A DNA stretch of 55,557 nucleotides, filler included, from Sphacelaria rigidula (GCA_964200075.2; 5 parts of 5 records of this genome joined end to end with filler, not necessarily neighbours in it); one strand, 5' to 3'; numbered from the whole stretch's first letter, positions 24,673 to 37,418 are shown. A program made the numbers and translations. The notes: a model not told the origin generated them from the letters alone.

Positions 24673-25559
24673 AGAGTATAATCTTAACGTTCAGTCTCAT
24701 TCGCGAAGATAATCTCCGACTTCTTACCCGGAACATATGACACTGACGCGATACAGGCAGGTTCAGGGTGACGGACCAAAATTTACTCCCCCATGATTTA
24801 TGTACCTACTTTATCATCTCGCAAAAGTTCGATGTTTCGGAACGGAAGCAATATATGGATATATATATGAGACAATTGATAGGGTACGTCGAGTATTTTG
24901 TCCCTGTATTTTCGTCAACTCGGTTAGCACATGTTTTTTGGCGTGACTTGACAACCAAACATGCTACGAGTCCGGCCTGGAGTGATACATTCGTGAGGTA
25001 AAACAGCGAACTTTTCATGAGCACGGAACGTGAAAAAAGGCACACTTCGACTCGATTTGACCGATTCGACCAGTTGATCGCTCGAACAAAAGCGCTTGGC
25101 AATTTGTACGGTCGCGTACACACCATGTTTGACTGTAGGGTCTGATGCATGCACCAGGAGTTATGATATACGTATCATATATACTATATATACAGCCTGG
25201 ATCCGTTTTTGAGGTTCAACATTTGGGTGAGGTTCAACTCGAAATAGTGCTTTCCCTGACCTAAAGTCATGATCAATGAATTTCATGTGGACGACATCAT
25301 GCCCTCCGACCTCCTGAAGAATATTTTCGGGGATTGCCCGTCTTCCGTGCCCCCAAAGAATAAGTGCGAAAGCATCTTTTCGACTCGATATCGGGGCGAA
25401 AAAGGGAACGTTTTTAGACCGAAATTGGTGCTTCCATCTGCCGGAAAAGGGCTCCTGTGAACCAGAGTTGAAGTTTGTGGATAGTCGTCCCGATACGGTC
25501 GCAGTTTAATTGGTCATCTCGAACATCGCTTCGTACGAAAGAGCCTTGTAGTTATTCCG

Positions 25560-26140
25560 ATATTTCCTGCGGAATCTAACTACTCGCACCAAGAGCTTGT
25601 GATGGGCAGTCCGCGGACTGTGGAAGTCCTCAGAATGTAACGTCCATGCGGTAGATTAATACAACAGAGTTTTTACCACCTCCGCATCAAGCAGCTGGAC
25701 TTTCGAGGGTAGCTGGGCTTTGGGTCGGTCGTAGAGTTGAGAGCTATTTTTTCGGATACGCGCCCACGCCGCGCTGAAACAGCGGTTGATTTCGATGGAC
25801 ATTTTCACACCCGCGCTGATAGCACCAAGGTAGACGAACTTCTCCGTCTGCTAATACCGCTGACCGACGGCTTTGATCTATGTACAGGGCGGCCTCCGTG
25901 GGACTGGGTACTGACCAAATGCGCGTAGACTCTGTCTTCCTCTCGGAGACCATCAGGCCGAATTCCTGGCTGGTCACCACTGTCACGGCCATCGTTCGAG
26001 CAAGGGCATCTTAGGTCCTCGAGACTCTACTGACATCGTCCGCATAAAGCATTGCCCACGCCTCGCGTCGAACCTTTTCCAGTGGTGTCTCTTCCAGGGC
26101 TTCGCCACCGTCATCATTTAGCGCATTATCTAGCAAAACC
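25560..26140 (-). pseudogene. Non-LTR retrotransposon reverse transcriptase fragment (RTE-like)
   Basis: AWAMLYADDVSRVSR (RT YADD motif) followed after a stop by EFGLMVSERKTES. Confidence 0.75.
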
Positions 26141-26789
26141 AAGTGTGAAACGATGACTCGAGTAGCTCTGAAATAGCAAACATGTTGTGATGTAACGCGA
26201 GTAAGTATCAGCGCACCTGGCGACATGCGCGGCCGGGTGGAGATGAACGCCATGAGACGAGACCCTGGCACCCGATATCTGCCTCAGTCAGACGAGGGCG
26301 TTTGCCAACACCCCGCCCCCTCAATCGTTTTAATGGGAGTGGTACGTCCAGCAGCATCTAACGCCGTCGAGAGGGGTCGTAATATATGGGCAAAAGCATA
26401 CCTGGAGTACCCCTAAACCAACCCAAAACCAGACGGTAGTTGGAGAAAAGGGATTGGACGGGCAGAGGTACCGCGTCGTAGAACTACTGCTATTTGGAGT
26501 CCCTAACGATATGACGAGAGTGAAGTTCGAGAGGAATTGCGGAGAAATGGGACTGTACTGATTGGTAATGGGAAAATTAGAAAGGGGGGCAGAACACCTC
26601 CGAGTCATGCTAAAACACAAGGCAGGCAAGGAGTGGGAGGAGATGGAGGCAGGAAGTTGTCCGCATAGGTTAGAAGGGCAGAACGGAGAATGCGTATAGC
26701 CAATGAAAATATGAATCTGAGACGTAGCCGTCGGGTCAAGGGAGGTGAGGGACAGTACTGTAGGAACAGTGATTGGCCGGAAGGGGAAA

Positions 26790-26858
26790 GGGGGCGTACT
26801 CATTTGTTGTTCGCCTCATTTGTTTGACTATGAACACGCATCCTTTTTGAGACAGGGC
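26790..26858 (-). mobile_element. 5'-truncated LINE 3' terminus inserted antisense in a G-tract
   Basis: GGGGGGCGTACTCATTTGTTG...ACGCATCCTTTTTGAGACAG is the reverse complement of the terminus at 4689-4759 and 32350-32420. Confidence 0.7.
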
Positions 26859-27339
26859 CAGGGGAGGGGGTGGAGGGGATAGGGGGGATGAGGGGGCGGG
26901 GAGCAGTGTATAGCAAAATATAGAAGCACCAAACCGGAAACGAAAAAAAACTAAGCAAGAGAGAACAGAAGTATAAATATGACGGAGCAACAATAGAAAG
27001 GAGGGTCGATCATGATTCGAAAAGGAAGCTAAGAATGGCATCACGGAAAGTATGTAGATTCACTGCGGAAGATCGCGAAAGAGAAATAGCCGAACAAGTA
27101 AGTGAGCGCGACCTAGATATGGTGGGGATCCAGGAGTCATAAGAGAGAGAGGACAAAGAAGAAGGATGATGCAGGATGCAAAGTTGGGGAGTACACATGG
27201 ATAGGGGAAGCGAAGAAGGGACAGAAAACGCGGAATAGAGGAGCGGGGCGGTTAGAATTCCTAGTCAAGGAATATCTGTGTAGCCTATTTCAAGTGATTC
27301 AATACGTATAAAATCGATGAGTGCATATGGATTAGAATA

Positions 27340-27757
27340 TGTGACGGGTTAAGAGACAACCAACTAGACTACTGACCAGTGAGCGCTGACTGGTCAGTAG
27401 TCTAGTTGGTTGTCTCTTAAACCTAAACAAAAGTTAGTCGTGGGGGTACGATCCCCGTCGCTTTCACTCCGAGGAGGGCGACTCCCCTTACCAGCGCTCT
27501 ATCGACTGCCAGGAGGAACCTGTAGTGTTGACACTTCTCCCCGTATCCTAGAGTTTCTCATCTTCCCCACTCGTTCCCAGAGTGTGTACACCGCGGGCCC
27601 TAGCAGTCACCTCCAAGCACAGCCACCAGGCTACACCCCACCCTTTTTCTTTGGGCCAATTTTTTGCTGAGGTTTTCTCTCCTCTTTTCTTCTTCAAAGA
27701 GAGTGCGTCCGACGGGAATCGAACCAGCGACTAACTTTTGTCTCTTGAACCGTCACA
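27340..27757. mobile_element. 418-bp TGT...ACA element with terminal palindrome and tRNA-like Pol III boxes
   Basis: TIR TGTGACGG(G/T)T(T/C)AAGAGACAA / TTGTCTCTTGAACCGTCACA; flanks AATA / AGTA (4-bp TSD with one mismatch); interrupts the LINE endonuclease region; palindrome at 27346-27423. Confidence 0.7.
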
Positions 27758-29042
27758 AGTACCATAGACCGGGGAGCGCAATAGTTTTCCTTAAGAAACG
27801 TCTATGTGCTCCCGGGGTCGAGGAGTCTGGTAAAAGGTAAATAGGGAATGTCCGGAGAGATGGCAGCAGATGTACAGAAGTATAAAATACAAGGAGAGGT
27901 GATGATTTCAATGGGAAAGTTCAGTTCAAGGTTTGGAGAAGCAAGCCAAGCGAGTAGTAACACTGGGCAATATGGGGGAATGGAGAAAGTGAACGGGGAA
28001 GCAATATTGAAGCTCCTTCAGAGCAGCGAGATGAAGATAAGTCGGAGGATAGAGTACAAACGGCAGATCAGGAATGGACAAGATAAGCATGCAAAGCGGA
28101 GAGATGTCTGTTGTTGACTTTGTAGTGCTGGAACATAGAAAAAGTAAGGAAACGGAACTACGTGTACGCGTAGCGGACGTGAGAACGACGGACCGCTGCT
28201 CAATGTGGGCAGCCAGCCAACAGACGAGAGCTATAAAATACAGGCGGCGTAGGAAGCTGTACACATGAAGGATGAAAACTAGAAATCGAAGAGGAACAGC
28301 AAGAGCTCCAAAAGGAGATGGCCAAAATGCAGTGAGTTTTTTCCAGTTAGTTGATGAAATGCGTTGGTACAATCAAGAACGACATGGAAATGGATCGTGC
28401 AGGAGCGAAGATTATAGACGGAAGGGAGAAAGAGTGGTCAAGACTATAGCAAGTAAAGTCACGGGGAAGAAACTGATCGTATACAACAGCACAGTGAAAT
28501 AGTGAGATGACGAAGTAAAAACGACAATAGGAGTCAGCAAAGAGGCTTCCTGTACAAGATACATATCGTGTGAAAATACGGCAGGATGGGAGGAGTATGC
28601 TGAAGCTAGAAAAGAGGTGAAAAAGACGGTAGGGAAGGAAAAGAAGAGGACGTGGAAGTAGGTAGGTTGATCGACGAGAAAACAATTTTGATCGCTGAAT
28701 TAAGCAAATGCGGCTAGGGATGGAAGGGATAGCGGGCAAACAGGCGGGAGAGGCGGACAAGGGTGGCGTAGCCACACTAAAAGCACGAAACGCTGAAGTG
28801 GTCAATCACTCGTTGGGGAATCGAGAGGTACCAGTAGAGCACTGCCAAAAACTAGGAACACCAACGACTAACAAGACGATCACCCCGGAATTCGATGAAT
28901 AAATCAACGCATGGGCAGGGGCAAATGTAGAAGCATCAAAACACCAAAATGGTGCAAAAGGAATGTGTAGCTATACTAAAGAGCAGAAAGGCAGCAGGGA
29001 CAGACGAGATAGTAACTGAATTGATGAAGCACGGGGGGGTGC

Positions 29043-32000
29043 GGGGGTACTCATCGGGTGCTTACCTTGAGCGTACGATCATTGACCACGCATCACTTTC
29101 GAGACGGAGGACCGATCCTACTACAATTAGACACACCTTCAACATTTAGTCGCTCATCATTTTTCTTCCACGCATTACACAAACCTTATTACACATCTTC
29201 TTCCTGTCGTGTTTCGCCGTATGTAGCCGCCGTCTATCTCCTAATGTAGCAATCGTTTTTTTCCAACTGTTTTATGTACAGTACCGGATGATTTCATGCC
29301 AACGTCGTTTACTCCCCACGTCTCGCCCTTCAACACGTCCCGTCTCTCCTTGTATAGATCACATTCCGCCGTATGTGAGTTCTCCTTACTCTTGCTCCGC
29401 CAAGTGGTCAGTTTTGTGCATCTACTTCCTCCTTCACCGACGGCTGGCATGGCTCCTTGCTGGCAGGTCCAGGTCCCCCACCCGAAGTCTCGGTTTCAAC
29501 TTTTTCGCGCGATCCATTGAGCCGTGCAGATATGTTTCCATACCTATTCCCTCTGTCAGCCTCCGGTGTATCTTCAGGCGCTCTTCCTCGTCTCCTTTCC
29601 GTCTCGGCGTCTGTTTTTCCCGTATTTCTACCGTGTCTCTCACTCTTATCTTGTTCCCTCCACGTTGACCTATGGCATTGTATTGCCCTAGGTTCCTCCT
29701 ACGTCCTTTCATACTTTCTCGACAACAGCTACGCTGTTTCCCATTATTCCAGCCTGCCCTTCCGTCGTCTTCTTCCATACAGTTCTATCAGCTACGGCTG
29801 GAAATCTCCTCCTTGGGATGTTCCTTACGGTATATTGCTATTTCAATTTTCTCATGCCTCTATTCTTTTTGAGTGGGTACATTACCAGTTCTGCTGTCGA
29901 CACTAAAGTACTCGTCGTTTTTTAGCATCGAAGTATTTTCTTTCTTGCTGTCATCTGTGCTCTTTCCAGCTAATTCATGCACCCCTACTGTAGCACCACT
30001 CAACTATATCTTCCCATATTCCCTTATTTTACTTCTCGACCATATTTTTCCCCTCGTTTCTATCTTTGGCATGTACTCTTCCCACGCTTGTGTGGTTTTC
30101 AGTCACTTGATATATATATATATATATATACATATACATCGTGCGTAGGCGTTTCTCCTTATTCTTTAGTCTCTTCTACTTCGTCGTCCCACCATCTCCC
30201 TGTCCTGTTGCATATGATCAGATTCTTCCTCGTGTATCAACTTGCTGTGGTGTTGATCAAGCGCTCCCATCCCTCTGTGATCATCCCTCTGTAATCTTCG
30301 CTCCTGCAAGATCCCTTTCTATTTCGGTATTAGATGTACCTACGCTCTTCAACAACCAGGGTAATTTCACTGCATCTCTGGTCATCTCGTCTTGGAGCTC
30401 TTGCGGCATTTCTTCTGTTTCTACCTTTTATGTGTACAACTTCCTACGCCGCCTGTATTTCTTAGCTCTCGTCTGTTGGCTGTTTGTCCATACTGGGCAA
30501 TGATCCGTAGTTCCTACATCTGATGCGCATACATGTGCTTTCGTTTCATTACTATTTCCATATTCCACCATTACATGGTCAACAATGAATCTCTCCCTCA
30601 TGTGTTTGCTTCGTCTAGCCCATGTCCATTGATGATATGACTTTTGTACTCTATCGTTTGAGATCTTCATGTTGTCGTTCTCAAGGAGCTTCGATATCTC
30701 TCCTCCATTGGTATTTCCTTCGTTCCCTCATGTTGCACACAATGTTTTCATTGATTGACTTGCTTTTCCAACCCTTGCACTAAAACCTCCCACTGACATT
30801 ACCTCTCTTTGCCATTTTTGCTTTTGTACATCTGCTGCTATCTCTCCGGATCTTTCCTGCCCATATTATACCGCACTCTTCGACCTTGGGGGCGTACAGA
30901 TGATACCTATGAAAACATTCTCCCTTCCCCGCTCTCCCGGTGCCCTTATCTATATTCTACCGTCGAATTGTGCGTCTTCGATCACTTCTATGACGTCACC
31001 CAGGTATTTCTTTATCAAGAATCCTGCTCCCCCCGCTCGTCTATCCTCGCGTTTCTGTCCCCCCTCTTTTTCCCAATCCATGTGTACTCTCCAACTTTGC
31101 ATTTTATCTCTACAACATATTCTCCCATGAACCTCGGGCTGCTACTACATGTAGGTCGCGTTTACTTGCTTGTTCGACTATCTCTCTTCTTTTGCGGTTG
31201 TCCATGACCAACCCACGCACGTTCCACGATCCTATTCTCAACTTCTTTTTCGAATCACTACCCACTTTCCTGTAGTCTGTTATTCTCACTCCGTCGCTTG
31301 TGCTGCCGCTCTCCCTTGCTTGATCTTTATCTTCCGTTTCCGGTTTGGTCTTTGTCTGGTTGCTTTGGGCCGCTATCTTCCCCCCCCCTTCCCCCCCCTT
31401 CCCTTTCCGGAACGCCAACTTGGTGAACAAGCTGGAAACAGTACACATGACAGCAGGTGAGAAAATATTTTGATGCTCAGAAACGACGAGTAGTACAGTA
31501 TCAAGAACAGAATTGGCAAATGCTGGAAACGAATAGAGCCATGAGAAAATTGCGATGGCAATATGGCTTGAAGAGCGTGTCGAGAAAGAGATTGTCAGCC
31601 ATAGTTGATTGAGCTGTATATGGAAGAAAATGACGGAAGGGCAGGGTGGGAAAAGGTGAAGTAGTGTAGTCGAGAAAGTACGGAAGTAGATGGGAGGAAA
31701 CCAACACGAGATAATGCCCATAGGTGAAGACCGGGGGTACGAGACAAAGTAAGAGGCATGATAGGAACAAGGGGAAAACAGACGACAAGACGGAAAGTGG
31801 ACGAGGAGGAGCACCTGAAGATGTACGGGGGGTGGAGGGGGGGGATAAGGATGAAAACGCATCTGAATGGCCCGATGGACGCGGCGAAAAACGTGAAACT
31901 GCGATTTCGGGTGGGAGGCCTGGACCTGCCAGAAAGAAGAAAACGATACACTAGTAGTCGAGTGGAGTAGGAAGTAGAGGCACAAAATGGTCCCTGTGGC

Positions 32001-33290
32001 AAAGCAATGGGGGGTAGAACCCATATAGTAGCAGAATGTGATTCATACAAGAGAGAACGGGACGTGTTGAAGGAGAAAATGCCGGAAGTAGCAAAGGTGG
32101 CATGTAACCGTTTGATGCACTAGCCAGTAGCGAGAAAACGACGGCTATACTAGGAGATAGATGGTAGTCACAAACGGCGAAGCACGAAGAGGATGAGATG
32201 TGCGAAAGGTTATTCTGTGTCATGTATGGGAGGAACATAATCAGCACCGAAATGTTGAAGGTGTATCCCTTAAGAGTAGGAAGGGTGCTCCGTCTCGAAA
32301 AGGATGTGCGGTCAATTTGACAACAAATGAGTACGCCCCCCCCTCTCATGCTCCGTCTCGGAAGGGATGCGTGGTCAATGGTCAAACGACTGAGGCAAGC
32401 AACGAATGAATACGCCCCCCCCCACTTCATCTTCCTCCGGGTATTTACTTCTTCCCGCTTGCCATTTTCCCCGTTGACCCCAGGGCTACGTCTCAGATTC
32501 GTTGTACCATTGGCAATACATACTCCCCGTCCTACCCATTAAACCGACACTTTACTTCTCCCGATCTTCTTCCGCTGGTTGCCTGTTGTTTCAGCGTAAT
32601 TCGGAAGTGTTTTTCCTTCCTCTCTACTTTTGCTATTGACAAACAGTATAGCTCTACTACATCGCATTTCCTCTTGAACTCTATTCCCGTTTTGTTGCGA
32701 GGGACTCAAAATGCCAGCGCTACTACTACTTTTCCCGTCCACTCTATTTTTCCTCGTCCATTATTTTTTATCGTCTCTCTCCCTCTATCTCTTTTTCGAG
32801 AGTATCTCCAGCTTGTTTGTTCTGAGTATTGCAGTGAGACGCAGTCAAGGTACTGGGATATCCCAGTGCTAGTGCTTGTTGAGGGTCTGGTGTCTTTCTA
32901 TGCTTTCGCTGGCTCACCGACACTAAATAATGTCTTCAACACATGCTCGAAGCCTGAAGCCCAGTGCAACACCGTTGGCACAAGTACCCTACGTTTGTGC
33001 CAGGCGATCAGCAAGGTGAACCATCCAGGCGTTCCGCGAATGTATCTTCCATTGTTTCGCCCCTCTGCTGTATTGGTCACTTTCCTCGAAAAGGTTATTT
33101 TCACCGTGTAAGGTTCAAGGACGGCTTGCATTAACACAAAGTCTAACCCACACATCTGGATGATGTCCCGTACATCACTTTTCCCACTCCGTATACGGTC
33201 AACCATGGGTTGCTACTCCACTATTGCTCCCAAGTAGACCTCCGCTGCCCCAAGCCTGGCCAACAATTCCCCTGCGTTTTGTGTCGGCCT
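29043..33290 (-). mobile_element. Degenerate APE-type LINE, antisense copy lacking the RT core
   Basis: KKKLRIGSWNVRGL...EIVEQASKRDL endonuclease motif at about 31150-31250; C-terminal region (LERAQMTARKKIL, YLHGSMDRAKKLK, HTAECDLYKERRDVL) at about 29300-29970; oligo(C) terminus at 29043. Confidence 0.7.
31410..32420 (+). mobile_element. 5'-truncated copy of the same LINE (C-terminal ORF2 plus two tandem 3' termini)
   Basis: NKLETVHMTA..., KTHLNGPMDAAKNVKLRFRVGGLDLPERRKRY, THIVAECDSYKRERDVL; ends GAGTACGCCCCCCC (about 32343) and GAATACGCCCCCCCC (about 32420). Confidence 0.75.
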
Positions 33291-34389
33291 TTATTNNNNN
33301 NNNNNNNNNNNNNNNNNNNNNNNNNNNNNNNNNNNNNNNTTAATTAATTAANNNNNNNNNNNNNNNNNNNNNNNNNNNNNNNNNNNNNNNNNNNNTGGGG
33401 AAAGCACTGTTTTAGGCTTGAGCCTCATCTCGAAGTTAAACCTCAATTCTCACAATTTGTTGTTACATTTGGAAAGTAAAACGCAGTGTTAGGGTTCATG
33501 CGAAGGACCGCACGTTACATCACGGTACGTTACGTAATAAGTATGTCGCAGCCAAAACACCAAGTCTTACGTAGCGTTAAATGACCCAAAGTCACATGTT
33601 TTCGAATGTGTCATGTTAGAACTTCACGTGTCACGTATCCCTCCCTGCGTGTTTCCTCTTGAATCGTGCTGTGTACGCGATGCCCGAAGTCTGTCCCTCC
33701 CGGGCCAACTACTACGACGGTGATATTAATCTATCCACGGTATTGTTATCATGACCTCTATATTTATTATTATTAGATAATTAATAATAATTGGTTGGTT
33801 GTTAAGAATTGGTTGGTTGGATGGTTGGATTGTAATTATGTTTTGGAGAAGGGAAAGACAACAACATGAAACAGTGGATTCTCGGAAATGTTGCTGGGAA
33901 AAAAAAAATCAACTCAAAAGTCGCGCTTTCCCTGACCTGAAATAATGACATATGACTTTCATACGGACGACCTCATCCCTCCCGACTTCCTCAAAACTAT
34001 TTCGAGAGGTTTCCAGCCTTCCGTTCCCCCACACACAGGAAATGTGCGAAAGCACACTTTTGCCTCGATTTCGGGGTGAAAAACGGACGTTTTTTGGCCC
34101 AGCATGGACATTTGGGGGGGGGAAGATGGCTTCGCTCGGTTGTACGAGCTGGGCCAGCCTAGAGGCTGCATGAAAGTTTGCAGGCGGATGCGCCGGCCAA
34201 TATTTGGAGTTATTTTAGACCCTGAAATTTGGTATGGATAATGCGTAGTACCACTTCAACCTCATTTTTTAGATGAACCCCATTCTCTAGGATCCACTGT
34301 TATATGCTATACCCAGGGTGAGTGCAGGAGGGAAAAAAATATTAATTTAAACTATAAGGTACCGCCTGTTTTCCCCCGTTGCCCCAAGC

Positions 34390-36648
34390 TTAACCCTAGG
34401 ACCGCGGTTCGGATAGTCCATCTGGATCACACATACTTGTTTCAAGTGAATATTGGTGCCGATACAGCGGGTGACCTACCCTCACGGTGCTGTACCCCTT
34501 ACACCGCGGCGCGGGTAGTCCATCTGGATGACGTGTACTTATTTCAAGTCAATATTGATGCCGATTCAGCAGGTGATCTACCCTCGCGGTCTAAGGGTTG
34601 ACTCTTCAAAAGTATGCACAGTCTGGGCGAGAACCGAACCGAATAGAATTCGGAACACTAGTCGGGGGGGAGGATCCAGGACCAGGGTGCCCGGAACAAA
34701 ACTGGCTGAAGTGCCTGACGGACGATCTCAACGCTTTCGGAGCCAAAGACGGAGCTACAGACGACAACTGCCAGACATTCGGAATTGACCGCGCCCCCTA
34801 TGGATCTCAGCAGCGAAAAAGGAGGGGGGGTTGCCGTGGCACGCGGGAGTGCTGCAGGGAGCGGAGAGGTTCATGAGAGGAGGCCAGCCGACTGCGTGCG
34901 ATTAGACGGGAGACCAACGAAGCCCAAATAGCACAGCAATGACGACGGTCCAGGGAAGGGGGGTGGGGGGTGAACTCCCCCGATGAGGGGTGTCGCTATG
35001 TCATACAGTGCTTGTCTTGATATACTTGGTATGCTTGTACGTGTGGCTGTCCCTCGAGAGGTCGAAGGTTCTCTTTCTTCTTCATTATTTATCCCTGTTT
35101 TGCTTGTATCGCGTTTTGTGGGTTTCAATTTAGGTCTATTTTGTTTTTTTGTTTTTTTGCTAGCCTGTGACCACGGAAGGCGTCCGCATCAGATACCCAG
35201 TAGTACGAGTGTACCGCGCAGATATCGGAACGGTTTTGCATGTGAAGACAACAAGTCCAGATGGACTACGTTCGTTCGCGGTCTGAGGGTTATCACCGTT
35301 TCGAGACCGCACCCCCAGAAAGATGCGATTTGCACACAGGGGCGTTTCCGTGAATCTGCATCATTTTTAGTTGAATATATTCAACTAAAAATGATGCAGA
35401 TTAACCCTTAGATCGCGAGATTAGTCTTTCTGGATCATGCATACCTTTTCCCATTTGAAATTGATGCCGATTCAACAGAAGACTAACATCGCGGTCTAAG
35501 GGTTAATACAAGGGTCCTGCGTCCAAATCACATTTTCTGCGAATTCGGTCCCAAAATGTGTGTGTGTGTGTGTGTGTTGTCGTCCCATTTATTCTGGGCG
35601 CCAGTAAAATATCATACATTATTTTGAAAAGTGAACTTGTGTAAATGCCACTATAGATTGACAGGTAGAGTGACGTCAGATGGCCGTCCAGAACCGTTGT
35701 TCTGGCCGGGGTTACACAGATAGAGTCAGAACCGTTCCTGGAATTCCTCGGAGGAATACCTCGGAGGAATACCCCGGAAGGAGCATTCCTCGGATGAACG
35801 CGGGACATCTTTGCTATGCAAATTCAGCCCAGCTGGCTCGCTCACACACGACACAACCCGGTGTGTACTCCGCACCAAACCACTAAAGAAGAGACCAACG
35901 CCTTGTCGAACCTACGGAGGGGCTTATCCCTTCCATACTTGATGCTAATTCAACAGATGACGGCCTACTCTCTGCGTCTATGCGTTAACCCTTGGACGGC
36001 GAGAGTAGGTCATCTGTTGAATCGGCATCAAGTTCACTTTTCAAAAGTATGCATAGAGTCCATATGCACCACGTTCGCGGCCCAAGGGTTAACCCCTTAT
36101 TTCGGCACCCATTGACGAATCTTATTTTCGTAAACCGGCATCATATCGACCTGAAAATGTCTGAAAATGATGTCGATTCACATAATAAACAGAAAATAAA
36201 TTAGTTTCGAAAGGGGTAACCCTTAAACCGCGAACGAACGTAGTCCATCTGGACCATACATATATTTTTCAAGTGAAATGGATGCCGATTCAACAGGTGA
36301 TCTACTCTCGCCGTCTAAGGATCAGCTCTTCGGCTGCGAGAGTAGGTCATCATCTGTTGAATCGGCATCAATATTCACTTGAAAAAAGTATCCATGATTC
36401 AACCGGACTACCCGCATCGTGGTCCAAGGGTTAATTAACCCTTAGACCGCGAGGTTAGTCTTCTGTTGAATCGGTATCAATTTCAAGTGAAAAAAAACTA
36501 TGCATGATCCAGAAAGACTAATCTCGCGCTCTAAGGGTTAACCCTTTGACTGGGAGAGTAGGTCACCTGCTGAATCGGCATCAATGTTCACTTGAAAAAA
36601 GTATGCATGTTCCAGATGGACTACCCGGACCGCGGTCCAAAGGGTTAA
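34390..36648. mobile_element. Cluster of ~9 copies of a ~100-bp piggyBac-like MITE (TTAA|CCCTT...AAGGG|TTAA)
   Basis: Complete copies at 35401-35506, 35985-36092, 36435-36541 and 36538-36648; diverged copies from about 34390, 34496, 36217 and 36325; a partial copy at about 35256. Both orientations; TTAA flanks and CCCT termini are piggyBac hallmarks. Confidence 0.85.
34620..34940 (+). pseudogene. 3' fragment of an RTE-like non-LTR retrotransposon ORF
   Basis: PNRIEFGTLVGGEDPGPGCPEQNWLKCLTDDL resembles the RTE C-terminal P-x-x-x-x-x-G-x-L...GRP-x-x-x-W-x-D-x-x-x-x-DL motif. Confidence 0.55.
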
Positions 36649-37128
36649 AAACTCAACCTCCGTGCCTGACCTATTTGTTTGAATCGACCGGTCTACAGTT
36701 GCCTTCCCACTAGCCTCGGTTGTTCACATTCGTATCCGTTCCACAAACCGCAAATCCTGCTACTCTCTATCCTTCACATTACGGTGTGGTGGTACAAGTT
36801 TTCGACACGAAGCTTCTGGAAAGCCTGAAAAGTCCCAGCGGAGACCAAACCGTCTTCGCAAGGTCTAGGTCTCATCACACCGCAGTACAATGATATAGCT
36901 ACATACAGCACATGAGAAAGGGCATGAGTGCGTTTGTGCTGCAGTACAGTGAAACGGGACGTGTCCCATGTTGTAATGTTTCACCTGACGTTGAAAGGGT
37001 CCTAAATCTTGGCTAGGTGCCCATTTTGAACGCCCGGTCATAATCGCGCTTCGTGCGAAAAAAATTAACTCGCGTTTTTTTACCCCTTCGAAAAAATAAT
37101 GGAGTTCAACTCTTCTTAGACTGCGAGG

Positions 37129-37418
37129 AACAACGTTTTCGCGAGATTGAGAGTAGAGCGCTGATTAAGAGTGGGTTTGATCATTCATTTTGACCTAGCC
37201 ATTTGTTTCTTCCGTGTGTGCTTATCTTTGTCTCCATCACTTACTTGCGTGTGCTTACAGCTACACGTCGATATCCTACTCAGGGATATCAAGGGCCTCA
37301 ATCGCCAGCTACTACTGCAGTACAGAAAGCATATTGGGCCTCGTGGAGGGGTATTTCGGAACTGAAACGATTCATTCACCAACTGACCGCTTTTCACTCT
37401 CAATCGTATTCTCTACTC
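37129..37418. mobile_element. 300-bp MITE family copy (as 10140-10439), right TIR interrupted
   Basis: Starts AACAACGTTTTCGCGAGATTGAGAGTAGAG; body is the reverse complement of 10140-10439; cut at 37419 by the TGT-element. Confidence 0.75.

Larger units (their letters stand above)
26330..29040 (+). mobile_element. Degenerate APE-type LINE, 5' part (ORF1 end, endonuclease, pre-RT region)
   Basis: EIAEQVSERDLDMVGIQES (APE endonuclease N-terminus) at about 27080-27140; KSRKAAGTDEIVTELMKHGG (pre-RT motif) at about 28978-29037; many stops and frameshifts; interrupted by inserts at 26790-26858 and 27340-27757. Confidence 0.75.
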
